NCBI GenBank assembly: GCA_049510745.1
Contig: JBEKYR010000021.1
Location: 1-64,000, forward strand
Direction: 5' to 3'
DNA length: 64,000 nt
Source of the DNA: Verrucomicrobiota bacterium
GTDB lineage: Bacteria; Verrucomicrobiota; Verrucomicrobiia; Limisphaerales; Palsa-1400
Part shown: one piece after another, positions 9,739 through 18,088 of the stretch
How the letters are laid out: each line of letters opens with the position of its first letter
Numbering within the stretch: position 1 is the stretch's first letter
Notes under the pieces: generated by a model
The model's input: only the letters and a program-made list of their open reading frames with translations
The model's database searches: none
Told to the model about the DNA's origin: nothing
Program-made: the position numbers and the translations under genes

Positions 9739-10358
9739 AACCCACGCCAAAAACTATATTCCTTTCACTCGCAATCCTGTCTCTGGCGGGCTGCGCGGCT
9801 GAATCGTCTTCTCGTGCCGCCAAGTCGTCTTGTTGCGCGAAGGCCGAAGTGCCGGCCGCGTTCACCGATAAATCCATTTACCAAACTGAATCCGCCTGGA
9901 TGACGGACCAGCGGACGCAAATCAAGTTGGGCGCTCTCGCTGGCCGGCCGCAAGTCGTCGCCATGTTTTTCGCCCATTGCCAATTTGCCTGCCCGATTAT
10001 TGTCAGCGATATGAAACGCATCGAGGCGGCGTTGCCAACGGACGTATCCGGTCGAATCGGTTTCACCCTCGTTTCCTTCGACGCCAAGCGGGACACACCC
10101 CCGGCGCTGGCCGAATACAGGAAGACCCGGGATTTGCCGGCGAAAAGCTGGACCTTGATGTGCGGCCGCCCGGACGACGTGCTGGAGTTGTCGGCGCTGC
10201 TCGGCCTGAGCTTCAAAGAAAATGCGGACGGCCAATTTGCGCACTCCAATGTCATCACAATTCTCAACGCGCAAGGCGAGATCGTTCATCAACAGATCGG
10301 CTTGAATCAGGACATCCATGAAACCGTTCGCCTTCTGCAACAACTGGTAAAAAATTAA
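9735..10358 (+). CDS. SCO-family copper chaperone lipoprotein
   Basis: Lipobox LAGC; CQFACP (CxxxCP) and conserved His (FAHS). Confidence 0.9.
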   Translation: MKPTPKTIFLSLAILSLAGCAAESSSRAAKSSCCAKAEVPAAFTDKSIYQTESAWMTDQRTQIKLGALAGRPQVVAMFFAHCQFACPIIVSDMKRIEAALPTDVSGRIGFTLVSFDAKRDTPPALAEYRKTRDLPAKSWTLMCGRPDDVLELSALLGLSFKENADGQFAHSNVITILNAQGEIVHQQIGLNQDIHETVRLLQQLVKN

Positions 10359-10416
10359 CCCAAGTTAAGAAACATCCAAACAGGATTGCGCCGTCAAGCT
10401 CCTGACAAAGCGGGAA

Positions 10417-10830
10417 TTACACTGCCGGCGCACGCCTGAACCCGTCCAGCCAGTGCCGCAGGCTCATAACCGGATGTTCCCAGAGCATGCGCGGTCCGGC
10501 GTAACGCATCACCACCTTGACCTGCTCGCGTCGTGCTCGCTGATAACAATGGACCGGGCACTTGGCGCAGGTCGGTTTTTCTGCGCCGAACCGGCAGCGT
10601 TCCAGGCGCACACTGGCGTAATCCAAAAGCTGCTGGCATTCCGGGCACAGGGCCGCTGTCGCCTTATGATGATCCCGGCAATGGATTCTGATCATCGCCT
10701 CCATGGTCACCCATTCGCGGTTCAACCGCTTGCTGGGGAAAGCAACGGTTTTGGTTTCGGGCGTGACGTCAGCAAAAGTGTCCGATCCGGCTTGTTCAGC
10801 AGTCATTCTCATACCGTCACCTTCGCACAC
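10417..10830 (-). CDS. YgbA-like (nitrous-oxide-stimulated promoter family) Cys-rich protein
   Basis: MIRIHC..LCPECQQLLDYA..RLERC..KPTCAKCPVHCY..VMRYAGPRML; exact start uncertain. Confidence 0.85.
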   Translation of the reverse strand: MCEGDGMRMTAEQAGSDTFADVTPETKTVAFPSKRLNREWVTMEAMIRIHCRDHHKATAALCPECQQLLDYASVRLERCRFGAEKPTCAKCPVHCYQRARREQVKVVMRYAGPRMLWEHPVMSLRHWLDGFRRAPAV

Positions 10831-10846
10831 TAGCCGTCAAAGGCCT

Positions 10847-10915
10847 TTGATCCAGGTCAAGGTTTTGATCATTTCATGGCTGCGCAAGAAAGCGCAATTC
10901 GTTGACTTAGGTCAA
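10847..10915. promoter_or_regulatory. two Fnr/Dnr-type boxes between the divergent YgbA-like and DGC genes
   Basis: TTGATCCAGGTCAA (10847-10860) and TTGACTTAGGTCAA (10902-10915). Confidence 0.75.
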
Positions 10916-10970
10916 GATGCCGTTGGCCGGAGTGAGCGATAATTATACTTTAAGAAACAATTAAGGCTCT

Positions 10971-11540
10971 ATGAACAGTGACCATTCAAATTCTCCGGCC
11001 CCAAACAAACCGTCCACCGTGGTCTATGCCTGCTCCGGCTGCTCGGACGCCGGTGAGATCGCAGACCGTATCGCGCGCCAGCTCACTCGGGAGGGTGTGG
11101 CGCAGATGTCGTGCCTCGCCGGCATCGGTGGCCGCGTCAAAAGCCTGCTTTTAACGGCGGAAAAAGCGGAGCGGATCCTGGTCGTGGACGGCTGTCCGCT
11201 GAATTGCGCGCGGCGCACGCTCGAACTGGCTGGTTTCAAAAAGTTTGATCATCTCGAATTGCACAAACTCGGCATCCGCAAAGGTTCGGCGCCCGTGACA
11301 GGAGAGCGCATCGCGACCGGTGTCTCATCAGCGAAGAAAATCCTCGCGGGCGAAACAACGCCCCTCCCTCCGCAAAAACTTGACTCGCTTCAAACCAGTC
11401 CGGAGCCGGCGGATATTAAGATGGCTGCTCTAAGCTTAGATCTCACCCTCTCCGTCGGCAGGCCTTCGGCCAACGACCAAGTCGTGGTCGATCAGTTGGA
11501 GGATTTCACCATGGTGGGCGAATTGGCGTTGACTAAGTAG
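10971..11540 (+). CDS. DGC-domain putative zinc-binding protein (C-terminal ~60 aa may be read-through)
   Basis: YACSGCS, MSCLAGIGG and VVDGCPLNCA motifs. Confidence 0.82.
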   Translation: MNSDHSNSPAPNKPSTVVYACSGCSDAGEIADRIARQLTREGVAQMSCLAGIGGRVKSLLLTAEKAERILVVDGCPLNCARRTLELAGFKKFDHLELHKLGIRKGSAPVTGERIATGVSSAKKILAGETTPLPPQKLDSLQTSPEPADIKMAALSLDLTLSVGRPSANDQVVVDQLEDFTMVGELALTK

Positions 11541-11749
11541 ATGCGGCCAAACGAAGGCGTTCTTCCGATGGCGTAACCGAATAAAAAAGTGATGGTCTTT
11601 CATAAATCCATGACGTGGAATAATCCCTGGGTCACCGAGCAATCCGGATCATTCACGCGGCCTACCGACAACAGAGGATTGCTTCAGCAGGCTAACGCCG
11701 GGCCCTTCAACTTGCGAAAGGAGCGGGCCGAATTTAAGTTGAGCCAGCC

Positions 11750-12301
11750 ATGACAATTACAGAGTTGCTTCGGACGGAACACGCAGCTTTTAACGCCATT
11801 CTTGATGAAATCGAGACCGCTTTGCCCAGTGCCGCGACTTTGGGCGAACTTCGCATACTCGTCAACCTAATCGCGGGGTTTCTGCAACAACACGGTCACA
11901 AAGAAGAGGAAATCCTTTGCCCAGCCTTGGACCAAATGCAAGGCCAACGAGGACAAATGGAAGAATTGACTCAGGAACATGGCGAACTCGACCAACAAAT
12001 CCGCCAGGTGGCCAAAAACAGGGATCTAAAAAACGCTCGGCAGCAGCTTGGCCAACTCATCCAAGCGGTGCGCCAGCACTTCGACCACGAGGAGCGCCAA
12101 CTTTTCCCGCTGGCCGAGGAAGTGCTTCTGGCCGAAAACCTGGCTGCACTGGGCAGCGCGGCCGAAGAAACGGCCCGCCAGATGCTCGCGCATAATCGTG
12201 GGCGAGGCCAGCGTCTCCAGGATGGGCACGTCACGACAGCAGGCCATGACCACGTCGGCCGTGGCTCAGGGCCAGAGCGGCACCCACGACCAGTTGGGTG
12301 A
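11750..12301 (+). CDS. hemerythrin-domain protein with a chimeric 3' end
   Basis: EH, HGHKEEE, EH and HFDHEE motifs; 3' part overlaps an antisense phosphoketolase fragment. Confidence 0.8.
   Translation: MTITELLRTEHAAFNAILDEIETALPSAATLGELRILVNLIAGFLQQHGHKEEEILCPALDQMQGQRGQMEELTQEHGELDQQIRQVAKNRDLKNARQQLGQLIQAVRQHFDHEERQLFPLAEEVLLAENLAALGSAAEETARQMLAHNRGRGQRLQDGHVTTAGHDHVGRGSGPERHPRPVG
12179..12258 (-). pseudogene. 80-bp phosphoketolase gene fragment
   Basis: Encodes DVVMACCRDVPILETLASPTIMREHL; ungapped hand alignment to 52146-52225 gives about 67/80 identical bases. Confidence 0.85.
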
Positions 12302-12751
12302 GCAGCGTTGACTGACAGGCCGCTGGTCTGTGGGGCCAGAAGACCTTCTGCGCCAGCGTTCCGCCGGCGAAGTGATATCGATGAGCGCATCGCGAAAATC
12401 ACGTTCGTGACGCATTGACGGGCGGCCCCACAAATTAAACAATGTTTACATGCGCCTGAGTCTGGGCTTTTTAATATGCTCATTGTATCTCATTACCGCC
12501 TGTTCCTGGGTTATTGACATCTAAGTGCCTGATTGTTAATTAGTTAAGCACAACCGTCTTTTGCGCATTTTCCTGCCAAAACCGCCAAAACTCTGCCCCG
12601 ACCGAAAGGATGTGGCTCAAGCTTCTCAGACAGAAAACTCTGCCATTTGGTGGATTGGCGGCATCGCATTCTGGGCAATTCCATCCCACCGGCGCCCGAT
12701 GCAACTTCAAAGATTTTGGTTATCATCTGAATCCTTGCTTGACCGTATCTT

Positions 12752-12945
12752 ATTTTCACTCATGTTGCCCACCTTGCTTTGGGTCGGGCGGAACGGGCTC
12801 CTGCTCAAGGGAGATCTCCGCCTTTGACGGGGATTATCTGACCAGCAAGGCGGGGTGTCGCACAGCAAATTCCGAGATTATCCAACCAGATTGGATAAAC
12901 AGCCGATCCAGCTACTCATTTTTCCAATTATCCGGTGATTTCGCG
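12752..12945. repeat. degenerate ~200-bp repeat, copy 1
   Basis: Shares gtcgcacagcaaatt..tatccaacc.gattgga.aaac.gccgat.cagctactc.tttttccaatt with 23981-24180. Confidence 0.8.
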
Positions 12946-13298
12946 GTTGGACGGGACGGGCGATCTTGGCTCGGCTTGACGAGACTGTCGCGGACACGGA
13001 ACATAACTGTTGACTATTTTCTTATTGGTCCTTGGTCGGATGGGTATCATTGTCCCCATGAACCTGGCTCGGAGGGGATTCCATTTTCTTAAAGATTGAG
13101 AGCAGGTCTTCTGGAATCTGCTGATACGTCCCATTGGTTGCCTCTTCCGGGCGGCAATCCATCGTGCCGGTGACATAGACGCGGGTTTCAGCCGGTTTCT
13201 CGCTCGCGACCGTTCTGGATGCCTTGTTGGCGCATCCAGGTGACCGTTCTGGCGGAACAAGGATCACGGTGCCTGGACTATACCGAAGGGCGAAATCG

Positions 13299-13380
13299 AT
13301 GATGCTGCCGATCCGTTGGCAAGGCGAACCAGCGGCGGCGGAAACGCTGGTTGAACTCGTTTACACAGAACTGCGTCAGT
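13299..13380 (+). pseudogene. N-terminal remnant of an ECF sigma factor (TIGR02999-like)
   Basis: WQGEPAAAETLVELVYTELRQ resembles GDxxAAExLLPLVYxELRxLA; similarity ends at the ankyrin gene stop. Confidence 0.55.
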
Positions 13381-14928
13381 CTAGTCTTTCCGAGATCGAG
13401 GCGTTGCAAATTCCCGCAGCACAGCCTGCACCTCCGGGGAACCGAAAATGGTTCGCGGCGGTGTCGCCCCGGCCTTTAGTAATGCCGCGACCGTCCCGGC
13501 AAAATCTGAGTTGTCCCTGAGACCGTCGCCCAGGGAACCGTGAATGGCCCAGCCGAGCGGCTCGCCCCCAAAATCGAAATCGACGACTTCAAGCGGCGGG
13601 TGGGAACCAAGGATCAGCCGCGTCATTTCAACTTGGCCTTGGAAGGCTGCCCAGTGCAGCGCGGTGCCGCCGTGCTGGCCGCGAGCGTCCACGGGCCAGC
13701 CGGCTTCCAACATCCGGCGGACCGTCTCGATATCGCGGTTTTGCGCGGCGTCCGGGAGTCGGCGTCCGTCCGCAGGCGCGAGTGATTTGGGGAGGTCCGG
13801 CGCCGCGGCTACCAGGCGGTCGAAAAGCGCGTTGTCCCCGAGTTCAAGCGCCAGCGAGAATTTTAGCGAATCGGAGCTGCGCTCCATCAAATAGCGCAGA
13901 ACCTCCCCGTGGCCGGATTCGTGGGCGAGCACGTGTGGAGTCTCGTTCGGGCCGAGCGTCCAAATATAAATGCTTCCGCCAGCGCGCGGGTTTTTCATTG
14001 GAAAGTGCTCGCGCGACACACTCATGTGAATGCGCGAGGGGTCCTCGTCGAGTTGGCGGCGGACCAGGTCCAGGTCGCCCAGCGCGGCGGCCATCAACAG
14101 GTCGGTGCGGCAGCCGCGCGAAACCAGGTATCGCGCAACCTCCCGGCGCTCGCGCATCATGTATTGGGCCGGAGTGGATTCGTGGTCGACGTCCAGCGCG
14201 TCAATGTCCGCGCCATGATCGAGGAGGAATCGCGCGACTTCCACCGAGCAGGCGAAGTGCAACGGCGTCTGGCCGTCTCCCCCGCGGGCGGCCACGACGC
14301 CAGGGTCGGCGGCGACGAGCTCGCGGAGCTTGTCAAACATTCCGAGCCGGGCGGCGGCGTGCGCGTCGACGCGGGCGCCGCGTGCGATCAAAAAGTCCGC
14401 CAGACCGTGGTCGTTATCGAGCACCCCGAAACTGCCGGCCCACCAGTGGCTGCGCGCGTTGATGTCCGCTCCGGAGCGGAGCAGGAGATCGATCATCTCG
14501 CGATTGGTCCGTTGGACCGCGGCGATCAAGGGCGTCGCGCCAAAACCGTAGTCAGGCAACGGTTCGTTAAGCCGGTCTTTCAACGCCGGGAATTTCTCCA
14601 GCAATGCGGCCACGCCGGCGGTGTCGTTGGCAAGGATGGCGGCTTGCAACGCGACTGCGGGATCATGCGAAGCGGCGAGCGTTGCGACGCGGGCCTTGAG
14701 TTTGGCCCAACTGGCGAATCCGTATTCTCGCGCCACGATGAGTTGGGCGGCAGCCAGCGAGAACTTGGCGCGGGCCAATTCGGACTCCGCGACGTTGGCA
14801 AAGTCTGGATGGAATTCGCGAAGGCGACGCACGGCATCGGGCTCGCGCGAACGGATGGATTGCAGGAATTCTTTGGCCTGTTTCTTGAGTTGCTCAAGAC
14901 TGGGCTTGGGCGGAAGCGATTTAGACAT
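13381..14928 (-). CDS. ankyrin-repeat protein with N-terminal LEQLKKQAK...AREYGFASW domain
   Basis: Ankyrin motifs GATPLIAA, GQTPLHFA and GGTALHWAA; distinct helical N-terminal domain. Confidence 0.9.
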   Translation of the reverse strand: MSKSLPPKPSLEQLKKQAKEFLQSIRSREPDAVRRLREFHPDFANVAESELARAKFSLAAAQLIVAREYGFASWAKLKARVATLAASHDPAVALQAAILANDTAGVAALLEKFPALKDRLNEPLPDYGFGATPLIAAVQRTNREMIDLLLRSGADINARSHWWAGSFGVLDNDHGLADFLIARGARVDAHAAARLGMFDKLRELVAADPGVVAARGGDGQTPLHFACSVEVARFLLDHGADIDALDVDHESTPAQYMMRERREVARYLVSRGCRTDLLMAAALGDLDLVRRQLDEDPSRIHMSVSREHFPMKNPRAGGSIYIWTLGPNETPHVLAHESGHGEVLRYLMERSSDSLKFSLALELGDNALFDRLVAAAPDLPKSLAPADGRRLPDAAQNRDIETVRRMLEAGWPVDARGQHGGTALHWAAFQGQVEMTRLILGSHPPLEVVDFDFGGEPLGWAIHGSLGDGLRDNSDFAGTVAALLKAGATPPRTIFGSPEVQAVLREFATPRSRKD

Positions 14929-15047
14929 GAGACCTTTCTGCTATGGCCTGGAGTCCGCTGGCAGGCAGCATCAAGGTTAATAATTTGTCTGACATTTTCA
15001 GGAAGGCTCAGCCCTTTCCGCGGACTCGGATGCGCCCTGAACGCGGG
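14929..15047 (-). promoter_or_regulatory. candidate structured 5' leader RNA of the ankyrin gene
   Basis: GAGUCCGC/GCGGACUC 8-bp helix (15020-15027 with 14951-14958) encloses hairpins GGAA-AG-GGC-UGA-GCC-UUCC and CUGA-AAAUG-UCAG just upstream of the AGAAAGG RBS. Confidence 0.5.
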
Positions 15048-15509
15048 TGACATTGAAGCAAAGAGCGAGGGGGCAAGTCAATGGAAATGCTAAACGCAGA
15101 ATTCCAAGTGCAGAATCATAGAGATAGAGGCGGCTGAATTCCAAATAAGGGTCAGGCTTCTGTTTTTCGTTTGCGACCTGGGCGCCCCGGATTTGCGGAC
15201 GACAACCTAGTGGGTGGTGACTTTTTTCGGCGGATCTGGCAACATACCCACCTCGAGGCAATTGGTCCCACGATCATGAAAAAGGCCAGTATTTCGAGCA
15301 AACGATCAATTCGGCCGTGGTCAAGATTTTCGGCACGAGCCCAGACGAACAAGTCGCCATCTGCCCTGGAAATTTGAGTTCCGGCATCGTCGGGTGAAAT
15401 TATCAAATCGCGAATTGGCCATTCGTGATCATTGACACCGAATCGGGCATCCGGCCTGGTGGCCGTGCGCAGCATCTTCGAACGGCGGCGTCTTTTTTAA
15501 TTGTGGCGC

Positions 15510-15538
15510 TTGACATACATAGCTACACAATGTAGAGT
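15510..15538 (+). promoter_or_regulatory. sigma70-like promoter of padR (probably leaderless) with inverted-repeat operator
   Basis: TTGACA, 17 bp, TAGAGT, then ATG 6 bp later; TACAT-N9-ATGTA at 15516-15534. Confidence 0.7.
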
Positions 15539-15544
15539 GCGGGC

Positions 15545-15877
15545 ATGATTGAAAAAGAACTCGTGGCCGCCTCGACGGAGCCGTTGATTCTGTCCTTGCT
15601 CACCAGGGGCGAAAATTACGGTTATGAACTGATTCAGGAGGTCAAGCGACTCTCCGGCGACAAAATCCAATGGACGGACGGGATGCTTTATCCGGTATTG
15701 CATCGGATGGAGGATAACAGCTGGATCAAGTCGCGCTGGGTGGAAATCGAGAACGGACGCAAGCGCAAATATTATTCCATCAAGAAGGACGGCCATCAGG
15801 CCCTCAAGGAAAAGCGCGAACAATGGACCCTGCTTTCGTCCGTTTTCAACGGTCTGTGGAAAGGGCAAAATGTTTAA
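15545..15877 (+). CDS. PadR-family transcriptional regulator
   Basis: ENYGYELIQ..GMLYPVLHRME..GRKRKYYSI. Confidence 0.93.
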   Translation: MIEKELVAASTEPLILSLLTRGENYGYELIQEVKRLSGDKIQWTDGMLYPVLHRMEDNSWIKSRWVEIENGRKRKYYSIKKDGHQALKEKREQWTLLSSVFNGLWKGQNV

Positions 15878-16607
15878 CCTTGAACAAAAAATCTCGGAAT
15901 GGCGGCAGCAGACGAAGGCCGCCGGTGTGAAAAGCCCGGAAATATTGGACGAACTGGAAAGCCATTTGCGTGAGGACGTGGAACGGCTGCTACAATCCGG
16001 CGTGAGCGCGGAGCAAGCTTTCGAAATCGCCGTGCAGCGCATCGGGCGACCTGCCGCGCTCCAGGACGAATTCGCCAAAGCCGGGGCAACCAAGTGGAGG
16101 CGGCTGCAACGTTGGAAGGAGGCGCTGCTGGTCTTCTTGGGCTTTCCGCTTCCGTTTCCGAACGCTTTGACCGCCGGCGCGCGGGAAACGCTGGAACTCG
16201 GAGGCAAGGAGGCCCTTGGTTTTCATCACGATTTTATCGGGACGGAACATGTTTTGCTGGGGCTATTGGAATTGAAGGCCGGCGTTGTGCGCGGGGTCTT
16301 GCAAAGAATGGGCGTGGATCACAAAACTGTCCGGACTGAAATCGAAAAGATCGTGGGGCAGTGGCCTATGCACCAGACTATGCGCACTCCGCCCTATACG
16401 CCGCGCGTCAAACGAGCCCTGGTGCTGGCTGGTTCAGAAGCAAAGGCGTTGAGCCAAATTCACGTCGGCCCCGAGCACATTTTTCTGGGATTGCTGCGCG
16501 AGGGAGGGGGCGTGGCGGCGGTCGTTTTGAAATCTCTGGGCGTCAATATGCAAACCGCGCGCGCGGAGATTCTTAAGGAACTGGGCCGGAGCCAGCCTGG
16601 GGCTTGA
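15870..16607 (+). CDS. permease-prefix-domain protein fused to a Clp N-terminal repeat domain
   Basis: ELESHLREDV..AFEIAVQRIGRP..L..EF; Clp-N repeats HDFIGTEHVLLGLL and HVGPEHIFLGLL. Confidence 0.85.
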   Translation: MFNLEQKISEWRQQTKAAGVKSPEILDELESHLREDVERLLQSGVSAEQAFEIAVQRIGRPAALQDEFAKAGATKWRRLQRWKEALLVFLGFPLPFPNALTAGARETLELGGKEALGFHHDFIGTEHVLLGLLELKAGVVRGVLQRMGVDHKTVRTEIEKIVGQWPMHQTMRTPPYTPRVKRALVLAGSEAKALSQIHVGPEHIFLGLLREGGGVAAVVLKSLGVNMQTARAEILKELGRSQPGA

Positions 16608-16629
16608 GACGCAACCACAAACATAAACT

Positions 16630-17472
16630 ATGCTTGACCTCGAACAGAAAATCACGGAATGGCGGCGCCAAATGCTGGCCGCCGGCATCAAACCTCCCAT
16701 GACCTTGGATGAATTGGAAAATCATCTGCGCGAGGACATCCGCGCGCATATTTCTGCTGGCAACTCGGAGGAGCAAGCGTTCCATCTTGCGGTTTCGCGC
16801 GTGGGAACTCCCGGAGCTTTGCGAACGGAGTTCCGCAAGTTGAAGCGTCCGGCGTGCTGGCCGGAGAAAATCGGCCGCTGGCTTTTCGCGGTTTTGGTCA
16901 TGGTGATGGCGGTCTGGTTGTCGCGACGCATGCTGGCCGGAAGATTGAGCCTTCTTTTGGCAGTGCATGTCTTTACTATAACGCTCGGCTACGGCGCGGG
17001 CTTTTTTGCCGGGGGATTCGGCATATTTTATGTCTGCTACAGACTGTTTCACGCCTTGTCTCTGGACCGCCGACAATCGTTGCACCGCGCCGTGCTTTTA
17101 TTCAGCCAGCTTTCGGCTGGACTGGTGATCGCGGGCTTTGTGCTGGCGATGGTGTGGTCCCATCAACACTATGGAAAATATTTGTTAGGCGATCCCAAGG
17201 AAGCGGGAGGATTGGGTGTGGCGATCTGGTTCGTCGTTCTGTCGGTCATGCAGCGACGCCGCATGAGCGAACGCGCCGTGATGCTAATGTGCCTCGGGGG
17301 CAATATCATGGTCAGCCTGGCTTGGTTCGGCGCCAACTTTCTTGACGCCAGCCGAAAAATGCAAACCAGCACAGTGGGCTACTGGCCCGTTGCATTCGCG
17401 GTTTTCCTTGGGATACAAATCTTATTCCTCGTGATGGGCCTGGCCCCCGCCCCTGAAAAAGTGGCAAAGTAG
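16630..17472 (+). CDS. permease-prefix-domain membrane protein with CcsA/CcmC-like segment
   Basis: ELENHLREDI..AVSRVGTP; LAVHVFTITLGY and AMVWSHQHYGKYLLGDPKE resemble a degenerate WGxxWxWDPKE motif. Confidence 0.7.
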   Translation: MLDLEQKITEWRRQMLAAGIKPPMTLDELENHLREDIRAHISAGNSEEQAFHLAVSRVGTPGALRTEFRKLKRPACWPEKIGRWLFAVLVMVMAVWLSRRMLAGRLSLLLAVHVFTITLGYGAGFFAGGFGIFYVCYRLFHALSLDRRQSLHRAVLLFSQLSAGLVIAGFVLAMVWSHQHYGKYLLGDPKEAGGLGVAIWFVVLSVMQRRRMSERAVMLMCLGGNIMVSLAWFGANFLDASRKMQTSTVGYWPVAFAVFLGIQILFLVMGLAPAPEKVAK

Positions 17473-17699
17473 GATTGGAACGGTCGCGCACAGTACTCGA
17501 CTACCAACTCCCGCCTCACTTGCCATCGTTGACGCAAGACGTTCAGAGCCGCGGCCTACGACTCGAAATCGTTAAGGTGAATTCTCAATTGCAACTCATG
17601 GCGCACAAAGGCGATGAAAGAGGGGCTTGCAAAAACTCGAAGACCAGGGCCTCAACAATCGGCAGAATATGCGCCGGAGGTTTTTTTCTTTTGTTATGC

Positions 17700-18026
17700 T
17701 GGCCGCTCTTCCGCATGTTCTTTTCTCGTCCAGTCGTCTGGCGGCGGCTTCGGGAAGCACTCCAGGCTCTAAGGCCGGCACACGAAGCAATGGATACGAC
17801 CCGGTTAAATCTGATTTTATCCACGCCAGTCATCCCGAAAGAAAATATATTGTTGATTGAAGGAACCCATGATTTGTTCGCGGAGAGGCAACCGGTCGAG
17901 GAACTCTGGCAAAAGTGGCAGCAGCCAGAAATCTGGCGATTGCCTCATGACCACATTAGCGGGCTGTTCGTGCCGGGCTTGACGGGCCGCGTGCTTCGGT
18001 GGCTATCGCCGCGATTGGATAAATAA
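17700..18026 (+). pseudogene. C-terminal fragment of an alpha/beta hydrolase paralogous to 21265-22215
   Basis: PVIPKENILLIEGTHDLF..WQQPEIWRLPHDHIS..RVLRWLSPRLDK; the N-terminal nucleophile region is absent; left boundary approximate. Confidence 0.75.
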
Positions 18027-18088
18027 ACAAATGAAGACACATGCTCATCGGTGGATTGTTGTGGCGGCGATCATCAGCGTGGGTGCAG
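18006..18088 (+). repeat. 83-bp direct repeat spanning a gene junction, copy 1
   Basis: About 80/83 identical to 22195-22277 by hand alignment. Confidence 0.9.

Noticed and set aside
13909..15093. 394-aa + strand ORF
   Set aside because: Antisense to the ankyrin gene with no recognisable motifs
15250..15480. Protein-like + strand text (GNWSHDHEKGQYFEQTINSAVVKIFG...) with an internal TGA
   Set aside because: No family recognised and no start; could be a pseudogene scrap, with no support for recoding
16630..17472. Functional cytochrome c synthase CcsA
   Set aside because: The WWD motif lacks its tryptophans (YGKYLLGDPKE) and there is no ccsB partner nearby
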